Shown here in pieces: positions 53,911-61,856 of a stretch of DNA of 64,000 nucleotides. Each line of letters begins with the position of its first letter. Within the stretch, counting starts at the first letter, position 1. Both the position numbers and the translations under genes were made by a program. This DNA comes from Candidatus Zixiibacteriota bacterium (GTDB lineage Bacteria; Zixibacteria; MSB-5A5; CAIYYT01), in NCBI GenBank assembly GCA_020853795.1, contig JADYYF010000088.1:12820-76819 (forward strand). The letters are read 5' to 3'. The notes beneath the pieces are model-generated. The model searched no databases and was not told the DNA's origin. It saw nothing but the letters and a program-made list of their open reading frames with translations.

Positions 53911-55938
53911 TCAGAAGGGATTGCAGGGGGGGTACGGTCCACCGCCGAAGATGTACGAGATCAGGGCGACCGCATCCGAGATGTTCACCGGCATGCTGCA
54001 GTTGGCATCACCGGCTTCGTCAACGGGGGTCGGTGCGGGGCCGCTGGCAAAGATGTACTGGATGACATAGACGGCGTCGCTGACGTTGATGGCGCCGCTG
54101 TTGTCAGCATCTCCATGCATGACCAGCACGAGCACATCGCCGGAATCGGTATCGCTGACTCCCACAACGCTGGTGGCATCGGCAGTGACGCTGACCGAAT
54201 TGACGGTCGCGGGCATCACGCCGGCCGGCGCCGTCAAATTCACGGTAACGTCGGCCTTGTCGCCCGCCGCCACGGTTACCGACGAAGGCGAGAAGGTCTG
54301 CGCCCAGCCAAGGGAATTGGTCGCGCTGACGTTATAGGTCTCATCGAGCAGGCCGGTATTCTCGATCTGGAAGAGCAGCGACGTGCCGGTATTCGAGTAG
54401 ACGCTGTCGGCGGCCGTGGCGATGACGTTGACCGCGTAGTTCGGAGCAGTGGTGTACGAGGCGCCATAAGTGTAGCTGCGGTCGTTGATCGACTGAGAGA
54501 CGTTGGTAATGACCATGATCAGCGCATCGTAGTTGCCGGCATTGGGCAGGGTGAAGGAGCCATCGCCGGTGACATTGAGCGACATCTGATTCTCGACGTA
54601 GGTGTTGGTCGGGGTCATCTTCCAGGCGAGTAAGTTGACGATCCAGGGTACCGAGTTGTCGCCGTTGAAGTCGACCGTGAAAGTGGCGGCGCCGGCCGGA
54701 ATGTTAAAACGCACGTAGTTGGAGCCGTAAGCATCGGGGAACTTGCCGGTAATGGGCGTCTGGCCGGAGGTCGGATATGTTGTGTGGGTGCGCACCAGCG
54801 GCACCTGCAGGTAATGGGAAGCCTCGACGTAGTGAAGTCCGTCACTACGGCTGCCGGTGATGAAATTCCACATGGTAAACCGCGCCACCTGCTGGTTAAT
54901 ATTCTGCCCGTAGTTGTTGGTCAGGATATTGCCGGTGCCGACATACGAGGTCGTGGTGCGCAGTTCATCCCAAATCTGCGGCATGATCGCGACGCCGAAA
55001 TTTTCCTGCAGGAAGGTCGGCCAGATGAATGCCGCATACATGTGCAGACCGGTATTAGAATTCAAGGCGTAGTCCGGGACACTAAAGAACTCCGTCATAT
55101 AGTTGTAGTTGTCGTTCACCGGATCAAAGACCACATCCTCCATCCAAGTGGAAGAAGCTTCCATGAACCAGGAGTTCTCGCCGACGTCATAGGCAAACTG
55201 CACGGCGTGGTAGTATTCGTGGGCGACAGTCACTTTGGCAGCGCCCTTCTGGTCGCCGTCGGGGTCATCATTATTCGGGAAACCGATGAAATTGCGATGA
55301 ACCGAGATATAGCTAATGGCATCGTTCCAGGCTTCAGGTCCGGCGCCTTCCGGCTGGGTGTAGCCGTAGTAGCCCATTTCTTCGGTGTAAATATCATAGC
55401 GGGCGTCGCCGCCGGCCACTCCATCCGAGGGCGGCTTGCGGTGGCCGAGGTTGGTGACCTCGGTGCGGTAAGAGCTGTCGGCGTAGGCGGCAAGCCATTC
55501 AACATAATCGGGGATGCCGTTCGCCGGGCTGGTATCGGCGGTGGGGACGGCATCCGAGCCGGTGATATTGTAGTGAATCTTAAACTCACCACCGGGAGAA
55601 TTGTAAGTGTTCGTTGCTGACGGCCGGGCCATGATCTCACGGAATTGTGCCTGCCCCTCCGGGGTAAACTGGTCCCAGTTCTGGCGGATTTCGAGGATGA
55701 TCTCGGTAGCGCACTTGGCGACTTCGATCGCGTCGGACTGAAAGTCCGCCGGCAGGGCCTGCGGTTCGCGGATCGACATCATTTCGTAGAGCATCTTTTG
55801 TTCGTAGTTTAACTCGCCGTTGGCGTAGGCATCCTCGATCAGGCGATAGGACGATTGGCGGGCGGCGGATGACGGAATCGCCGCGGCAAGCACGACGATC
55901 GCCAACAGCAGCAAGGTACGTTTTAATCCGATTTGCAT
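53911..55938 (-). CDS. secreted thermolysin-like (HExxH...E) gluzincin with a C-terminal dockerin-like tandem module
   Basis: Signal peptide. TVAHEYYHAVQFAYDVGENSWFMEASSTWMED (compare thermolysin AHELTHAV..NEAISD). C-terminal GDADNSGAINVSDAVYVIQYIFASGP...GDANCSMPVNISDAVALISYIFGGGP. The ATG at 55938 with a GGGAG RBS was chosen as the start. The track ORF starts at 55965. Confidence 0.55.
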   Translation of the reverse strand: MQIGLKRTLLLLAIVVLAAAIPSSAARQSSYRLIEDAYANGELNYEQKMLYEMMSIREPQALPADFQSDAIEVAKCATEIILEIRQNWDQFTPEGQAQFREIMARPSATNTYNSPGGEFKIHYNITGSDAVPTADTSPANGIPDYVEWLAAYADSSYRTEVTNLGHRKPPSDGVAGGDARYDIYTEEMGYYGYTQPEGAGPEAWNDAISYISVHRNFIGFPNNDDPDGDQKGAAKVTVAHEYYHAVQFAYDVGENSWFMEASSTWMEDVVFDPVNDNYNYMTEFFSVPDYALNSNTGLHMYAAFIWPTFLQENFGVAIMPQIWDELRTTTSYVGTGNILTNNYGQNINQQVARFTMWNFITGSRSDGLHYVEASHYLQVPLVRTHTTYPTSGQTPITGKFPDAYGSNYVRFNIPAGAATFTVDFNGDNSVPWIVNLLAWKMTPTNTYVENQMSLNVTGDGSFTLPNAGNYDALIMVITNVSQSINDRSYTYGASYTTAPNYAVNVIATAADSVYSNTGTSLLFQIENTGLLDETYNVSATNSLGWAQTFSPSSVTVAAGDKADVTVNLTAPAGVMPATVNSVSVTADATSVVGVSDTDSGDVLVLVMHGDADNSGAINVSDAVYVIQYIFASGPAPTPVDEAGDANCSMPVNISDAVALISYIFGGGPYPPCNPF

Positions 55939-55952
55939 GGGGTCTCCCGGGG

Positions 55953-57752
55953 TTAGTATTGGCATGGCGGCGGGCCGCCGGCAAAGATATACGAAATCAG
56001 ATGCACGGCATCACTAATGGAACCGATGCCGTCGCAGTTGACATCGGCGATGTAGCTCGGGTAGGGTGTAGCGCCGCCGGCGAAGATCCAGTTGATCAAG
56101 AAGACGGCGTCGGAGATGCTGATCTGAGTGTCGCCGTCGACATCGCCGGGACGGCGAAAATGCAGATGATACGTGAAATTGTACTCGGTGCCGAAGTGCG
56201 CGGCGACAGCGGGAATGAACGTGACGCGCAGCACATTCCGGAAATCGGCGATCCAGACCTTGGCCTTGCCTCCGGCAAGCGGCACGAGCAGCGAATCAAA
56301 GTAGTTGCCGTCGCCGTAATCCACCACATACGCCAATGTCCAAGTGGTGGCGTTCAGGCCGGTGAAGTCGAACCCGACGATGCCGTCATAGCCGTTAAGA
56401 TTTTCAAAGACGATATAATTCGAGGCATACGGCTGCGGCGGAGTCACCGAGAAATTACCCGAATCGGGGAGGTCGTAGTGATAAGCCATCACATCGACTG
56501 GTGGATAATCGGGCGCGGATTCATAGTGTGTGCCGGTGGAGCGGCTGTTGGTGTAGTAGTTCCACAGCACGAAGCGCGTAAACTCGCGTTCGAACGAGCT
56601 TCCGGCCGAGTCGATTACAGCGCCCCAGGCTACGATTGCGGAGGTCGTGCGGCATTTTGCCCACAGATCGCGCATGATGATGGCACCGAAGCGTTCCTCA
56701 AGGTACTTCGGCCACACGAACGAAGCGTAGCGATGAAAATCGCCGGCCTGTAACCCGACCTCCGGATAGTTGAAGAATTCCGGTAGGTAGTTGTAGTTGT
56801 CATTCACTTGCGGAAACGCCATCTCTTCCATCCAGGTGGACGACATCTCCATAAAGAAACTAGCTTCCGAAACATCGTAGGCGAACTGCACGGCGTGGTA
56901 GAACTCGTGGGCAATCGTGACTTTGAGCGCACCCATCACATCGCCCTCGGGATCGTCGTTCGGTGGAAATCCCGGCGAGAAGGTGCTGTGGATCACGATA
57001 TGGGAGGCGTAATCGTTCCACGATTCGGGACCAGGTGACTCGGGAGTCGTGTACCCGTAGTATGGAATTTTTTGGAAGTAGATATCGTATTGATCGCTGC
57101 CGCCCTGGCCGTTGTCGACCGGCGGTTTAAGATGCGCCAGTTGGTCGAGTTCATAGGACCAAACGGAATCGGCGAGGTTCGCGGCACGTTCGATGAAGTC
57201 GGGAATTCCGGACGAATCATTGTCGGCCGTCGGTACAGCGTGCAGGCCAGTGAGGTCGAAGAAAAGCCGGAAGTAGCCTTGCGGCGACTCGACGTAGAAT
57301 TGCGTCTGTGGTCGGGCCATAAACATCTTGGCATACGAGCCGTAAAGTTCGGGATTGGCGTTGATCACGGCAAAGGCCTCGACGAGGGCATCAGTCGCGC
57401 ACTTCGAGATGGCGGCGGATTCGCGCGAATAGCGCTGGGGAAGCGATTGCGGTTCAAGAATTGCCATTGCCCGATAGATCGTGGCCATGTCGGCACTAAT
57501 CAAGCTCGACTGCTGGTCGGCAGCGAGTTGTTGTTCGAAAAGAGATGGCGAAGTCGTCGGAGCCTCATGAGCCAGGAGTGCCGGGCTGAGCAAGGCGATG
57601 TAAAGAAGTGATAGAAGTCTGCGCAATTCAACAACCTTCAGGACAAGACGGTACGGTGACTGGCACGAAATACACTTCGACGAATGCAATATACTCCCGC
57701 CGTTGCGGTTTGTCAAGTACAGTTCCGGCAATGGCTTAAGGGTCGTTTTCAA
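55953..57752 (-). CDS. paralogous secreted gluzincin with a C-terminal dockerin-like tandem module
   Basis: TIAHEFYHAVQFAYDVSEASFFMEMSSTWMEE. C-terminal GDVDGDTQISISDAVFLINWIFAGG...VNCDGIGSISDAVHLISYIFAGGPPPCQY. The true start is probably an internal GTG near 57635, just before the signal peptide LRRLLSLLYIALLSPALLA. Confidence 0.55.
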   Translation of the reverse strand: MKTTLKPLPELYLTNRNGGSILHSSKCISCQSPYRLVLKVVELRRLLSLLYIALLSPALLAHEAPTTSPSLFEQQLAADQQSSLISADMATIYRAMAILEPQSLPQRYSRESAAISKCATDALVEAFAVINANPELYGSYAKMFMARPQTQFYVESPQGYFRLFFDLTGLHAVPTADNDSSGIPDFIERAANLADSVWSYELDQLAHLKPPVDNGQGGSDQYDIYFQKIPYYGYTTPESPGPESWNDYASHIVIHSTFSPGFPPNDDPEGDVMGALKVTIAHEFYHAVQFAYDVSEASFFMEMSSTWMEEMAFPQVNDNYNYLPEFFNYPEVGLQAGDFHRYASFVWPKYLEERFGAIIMRDLWAKCRTTSAIVAWGAVIDSAGSSFEREFTRFVLWNYYTNSRSTGTHYESAPDYPPVDVMAYHYDLPDSGNFSVTPPQPYASNYIVFENLNGYDGIVGFDFTGLNATTWTLAYVVDYGDGNYFDSLLVPLAGGKAKVWIADFRNVLRVTFIPAVAAHFGTEYNFTYHLHFRRPGDVDGDTQISISDAVFLINWIFAGGATPYPSYIADVNCDGIGSISDAVHLISYIFAGGPPPCQY

Positions 57753-57879
57753 CTGAATCTATCGCCCGGACTGTCATATTGGCCGATCGCTACGGGGATC
57801 TGGCCGTGCTGCTTAAGCGCAGGAAATGTGCCAGATTTTCGCTCAGTTGGCGACAAACATGTGGAGCTTCATGCGGTAG

Positions 57880-60258
57880 TTGACTCCGCCACTGAAAAGC
57901 CTATTTTGGGGCGTGGTTCGACCGCAAGTTTATATCACGCTTTTCCTTGTGACCACCGCAACTTTGCTCTTTGAGCTCTCGCTCACACGGTTGTTCTCTG
58001 TCGTCATGTATTACCACTTTGCTTTTCTGGCAATCTCGTTGGCAATGTTCGGGTTAGGAGCGTCCGGCTTGTGGCTCTATTTTCGGCGTCGCCGCCACTC
58101 CCTGGAAAACCTGAGCCGCGACCTGACGCTGCTCACGGCTGGATTTGCGTTCACCGCAGTGATCGCAATCGTGACGGCGTTATCGCTGCCGATCTCGATC
58201 AATTACAGTTCCGGCAATGTGATTCGATTGGTGGTCGTCTATCTCGCCTGTGTTTTGCCGTTCTTCTTCTCCGGTCTTACCGTCTCGCTAATCTTGTTCC
58301 TCGGTGCGAAAGCGATATCGCGGCTGTACTTCATGGATTTGATCGGCGCTGCTACCGGCGCGCTTCTGACGGTGCCGGTGCTCAATTGGGTCGGCGCGAT
58401 AAACGGGTTGTTGATAGCCGCGGCGTTGGCTGCACTCGCCGCTTTTCTTGGCGGCGAGCAGACCCGCGGGCAGTTGCGTTGGCTTGGCAGAGCGATCGCT
58501 GCGGCGGCAATTGGGCTGGTTATCATCAATTTGACGTCACCCGTGCTCAAGGTGCGCTATTTCAAGGGTCAGGAAAAGCAGCTGGTCGAATTCCAAAAGT
58601 GGAACGCGCTGTCATGCATCACCGTGCAAGGTGTCGAAGGAGAGCAGACCGCGAAGGCGATGGACATCGACGCCGATGCGCGGACGTACATCTTGCGCGA
58701 CCCGTTCCGCCTGTTTGGTCTGGAGCTGATCAAGACGGAGATCGCGCGGCGCTGGATTTCGCATCTACCGAACGTCCTTCGACCCGACGGTGACGTCTTG
58801 ATCATCGGCCCCGGCGGCGGCATCGATGTCATCTTCAGCCTGGCTTGGGGTGCTCGATCGGTTGATGCCGTCGAGATCAATCCGATTATTACTGACGATG
58901 TGATGCGCGGTGAATATGCGGAATTTTCCGGCCGGCTGTACAGCCACCCAGCCGTGCGGGTTCACACGGCGGAAGGGCGCGCCTTCATAGCTCGAAGCAA
59001 TCAGCAGTATGATCTGATTCAACTGACGCTGGTGGATACCTGGGCGGCTACGGCGGCGGGAGCGTTCAGCCTGTCAGAGAGCTACCTCTACACGGTCGAG
59101 GCGTTCCGCGAATATCTGCGTCACCTGAATCGCGACGGGATTGTGGCGATTACCCGCTGGCTCTCCGCCAAACCGAAAGAGGGACTGCGGCTGATGGCGG
59201 TGGCGCTGGAAGCTGCCGGCACTCCCGCAGTCCAACGGGGCGGGAATATTGTGATCATCGGCAGCAATTCTCGGGCAGGCGGGGAGTCGGAGATGATGAC
59301 AATGTTGCTCAAGCGCGAGGCGTTTACGGCGGCGGAAATCGCGGCAATCGATAATCGCTTGAACGAAGTCGGCGGACGTTTTGTCTTTCGACCGGATGGC
59401 GCGGGTGATCCGGCATTCGTGCAATTGGCAAGTGCTGCCGACCGGGAGCGATTCTATGAAGGCTATGAATTCAATATTCGCCCAACCACCGACAATCAGC
59501 CCTTCTTCTTTGCCACCGCCAAGGGCACCGAGCTGGCGCAGATCATGGCGTTCGAGTACGAATCGAGAAAGAACAATCTCGGGTTGTTCAATCTGTACCT
59601 GGCCGGAGTGCTGTCGGTGATATTGGTGCTCGTATTCCTGGTGGCGCCAATTATCTTCAGCGTCGACGGTCGCAGCGTTCTGAAAGAGCCCGGGTCGCTG
59701 CGCGCGCTGGGATATTTCATCGCAATCGGGCTGGGATTCATCCTGATCGAGGTTGCGGTGATGCAGAAACTGATCCTCTATCTGGGTCATCCCATCTACT
59801 CACTGACGGTGGTGCTGAGCACAATTCTGATTTGCGCCGGCTTGGGCTCGATGGCGACAACGAATTACGTTCCGGAAACCGGGGGCAAGCGACGCCGCGT
59901 CATCTTCAGCGGAATCCTGGTCTACACTCTGGCGTTGCTCGTCGGACTCGGACCGGTGACCCAGGCCACCTTTGGCTGGCCGGACGCCGCGAGAATGACG
60001 CTGACTGTTTTGCTCCTGGCGCCGTTGGGGTTTCTGATGGGGCAGCCGTTTCCGTTGCAGTTGAAATGGGTCGAGAAGAACCACAGCAGTTTCATCCCGT
60101 GGGTGTGGAGCTTGAATGGCGCCGCGTCGGTTCTGGGCTCGGTGGCAGCGGTCGCGCTGGCGATGACGTACGGATTCAACACCGTCATCGTGATAGGAGC
60201 GGTGTGCTATTTGGCCGCGTTCGGTCTGGGAGCCACCGCAGCAATCAAACGGGGCTGA
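57880..60258 (+). CDS. polytopic membrane protein with a fused spermidine synthase-like (aminopropyltransferase fold) domain
   Basis: Six to eight N-terminal TM helices and a central SpeE-like core (DVLIIGPGGGIDVIFSLAWGARSVDAVEINPII...YDLIQLTLVD), followed by C-terminal TM helices. Confidence 0.7.
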   Translation: MTPPLKSLFWGVVRPQVYITLFLVTTATLLFELSLTRLFSVVMYYHFAFLAISLAMFGLGASGLWLYFRRRRHSLENLSRDLTLLTAGFAFTAVIAIVTALSLPISINYSSGNVIRLVVVYLACVLPFFFSGLTVSLILFLGAKAISRLYFMDLIGAATGALLTVPVLNWVGAINGLLIAAALAALAAFLGGEQTRGQLRWLGRAIAAAAIGLVIINLTSPVLKVRYFKGQEKQLVEFQKWNALSCITVQGVEGEQTAKAMDIDADARTYILRDPFRLFGLELIKTEIARRWISHLPNVLRPDGDVLIIGPGGGIDVIFSLAWGARSVDAVEINPIITDDVMRGEYAEFSGRLYSHPAVRVHTAEGRAFIARSNQQYDLIQLTLVDTWAATAAGAFSLSESYLYTVEAFREYLRHLNRDGIVAITRWLSAKPKEGLRLMAVALEAAGTPAVQRGGNIVIIGSNSRAGGESEMMTMLLKREAFTAAEIAAIDNRLNEVGGRFVFRPDGAGDPAFVQLASAADRERFYEGYEFNIRPTTDNQPFFFATAKGTELAQIMAFEYESRKNNLGLFNLYLAGVLSVILVLVFLVAPIIFSVDGRSVLKEPGSLRALGYFIAIGLGFILIEVAVMQKLILYLGHPIYSLTVVLSTILICAGLGSMATTNYVPETGGKRRRVIFSGILVYTLALLVGLGPVTQATFGWPDAARMTLTVLLLAPLGFLMGQPFPLQLKWVEKNHSSFIPWVWSLNGAASVLGSVAAVALAMTYGFNTVIVIGAVCYLAAFGLGATAAIKRG

Positions 60259-60399
60259 GTTTCCTCAACCCCGTACCATTCGGAAGGTTCGCCCAAGGGA
60301 GCGAGATCACATTACCCCGGGGACGTCGCCGTACGAGAAGACGGATCTTCGCGACTTGACGATCGAGCCAAGGCGACTTCCCTGTCGCGCACGCGGTCG

Positions 60400-60579
60400 T
60401 TACAGCTCGATGGTGCGAGCGCAGTGCGATGTGTCCAGCATCGCATATTCGCCCTTGAGGATCTTGTTGACAATCGTCACGAACTTGCGGGTTACGAGCG
60501 ACTGCAACTCATACGGATGCCAGATGTCCTTCTCGAGGACCGGAGCGAACTGCTCGTTCTGCTTGCGACGTGGCATGTA
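60400..60579 (-). CDS. small hypothetical protein (59 aa)
   Basis: The ATG is preceded by a strong GGAGGTGTTAC RBS. An in-frame upstream extension to 60762 would overlap the sigma-like gene. Product MPRRKQNEQFAPVLEKDIWHPYELQSLVTRKFVTIVNKILKGEY... Confidence 0.3.
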   Translation of the reverse strand, partial: YMPRRKQNEQFAPVLEKDIWHPYELQSLVTRKFVTIVNKILKGEYAMLDTSHCARTIEL

Positions 60580-60724
60580 ACACCTCCAATCAAGAATGAT
60601 TGAAGTCAGCACCCACAGACGGACGGTGCGTGGTTTATGCCCGATTCCAGGTGATTTCTTGGAAATACGTTGGCGGCTCAGTGTGAGGGCGAACCTTCCA
60701 TCTTTTAGTCGTTTGACATACAGC

Positions 60725-61039
60725 TCAAAGTCTAAATTTCTCGTGTAACCGCTTGATGGCACGCTGTTTATAAATATGAACGACCTGCTGGGTTACACCC
60801 AGGAGAGCGGCAATTTCGCGTTCAGTTTTGCCCGAAAGAATCATCATCAGAGTTTGTCGTTGTCGCTCGGAGAGACTGTGACGGATATGCCAAAGCAGTT
60901 TGTTGCGGAATTTCACGTAGCTGGCGCGTTTATCGGCAGCAGCGGCAGTCTCGTAATAGGCGGACATCTCTTGCGAGAAGCGTTCAAGGACGTCACGATC
61001 AACAATGACTTCGGCAAAAATGTGTTCGCGTTGTGCCAT
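60725..61039 (-). CDS. stand-alone sigma-70 region-4-like HTH mini-protein (about 105 aa)
   Basis: C-terminus LSERQRQTLMMILSGKTEREIAALLGVTQQVVHIYKQRAIKRLHEKF is a canonical sigma-70 r4 / ECF-type HTH. No region 2 is present. An internal ATG at MAQREHIF was chosen; the longer ORF N-terminus is low-complexity. Confidence 0.5.
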   Translation of the reverse strand: MAQREHIFAEVIVDRDVLERFSQEMSAYYETAAAADKRASYVKFRNKLLWHIRHSLSERQRQTLMMILSGKTEREIAALLGVTQQVVHIYKQRAIKRLHEKFRL

Positions 61040-61124
61040 GCTGGTTACGACTGAATCTTGATCGGGAGAAGGATAACAGCTGGCGCCGGCGCCGCAAATC
61101 AAAAACTGGTGACGAGTCGCACAA

Positions 61125-61796
61125 TTAGTTATCGGCGAGATGGTACAGCAGGCCGAAGTAGACCGGGAAGTACAGCATATTCTTGCGCAGCGGACCAATC
61201 GATGCGCCGTCGGTATCCCACGCTGAGCTGAAAGAGTTGAGCCAGACGGCCTCGATGGCGAAGCTGCCGCTGATCTGCGGGGAGAAATCGGCGTGAATTC
61301 CAAAGCCGATGGTGCCGACCGGCTTGGCGCCGAGAGTGTAGTCATGAAATTGCAGCGAATCGTTGTCGAACCGAGGCATGGAGACGCGGCTGGCATCGAA
61401 GAGCCCCGCACCGAGTCTCATGAAGGGACGGTACTTCCCACTCTGCAGGAGGCTGTACTGCATGAAGACGCCGGCGCGGCGGATGCGCACATGCGAGTCG
61501 TCGGCGTCACCGAAGACCGAGACTGATCGTGGGCCGAAAGTGGAATACGAGAGTTCCAGTCCGGCGACAGTGGAGTTTGAGACGAAGTAGCCGAATTCGC
61601 CGGAGAGCGTGTAGCCCTGCTTGCGCCAACTGGCCGCGGCGGCGTTGTAGTTGGCGTCGGCCAGAGCGCCGACGGGAAAGCTGATGCCAAGGCGCGGCGA
61701 GATATAGGCCGTCCCGGAACGATCGAGGTCGGCGGGCGGCGTCGCCGCAGCAACAGCCGAAGCCAGGACAACGAAGAACAGAAAAGTCCGCATCAT
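61125..61796 (-). CDS. small outer-membrane beta-barrel protein (OmpW/OmpA-beta-barrel-like)
   Basis: Signal peptide MMRTFLFFVVLASAVAAA. Eight to ten amphipathic strands. C-terminal aromatic-rich ...LLYHLADN. Confidence 0.45.
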   Translation of the reverse strand: MMRTFLFFVVLASAVAAATPPADLDRSGTAYISPRLGISFPVGALADANYNAAAASWRKQGYTLSGEFGYFVSNSTVAGLELSYSTFGPRSVSVFGDADDSHVRIRRAGVFMQYSLLQSGKYRPFMRLGAGLFDASRVSMPRFDNDSLQFHDYTLGAKPVGTIGFGIHADFSPQISGSFAIEAVWLNSFSSAWDTDGASIGPLRKNMLYFPVYFGLLYHLADN

Positions 61797-61856
61797 AGTT
61801 TGTTATCGACAACACGGACGTGGAGTTTAGGTGCTCAATTATGGGGAGAGCGGCGC

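Noticed and set aside
60400-60762. 120-aa extended version of the small minus-strand ORF
   Set aside because: The extension would overlap the sigma-r4-like gene in another frame. It reads through a GGAGG that is better explained as the RBS of the internal ATG. The 59-aa version was kept, at low confidence.
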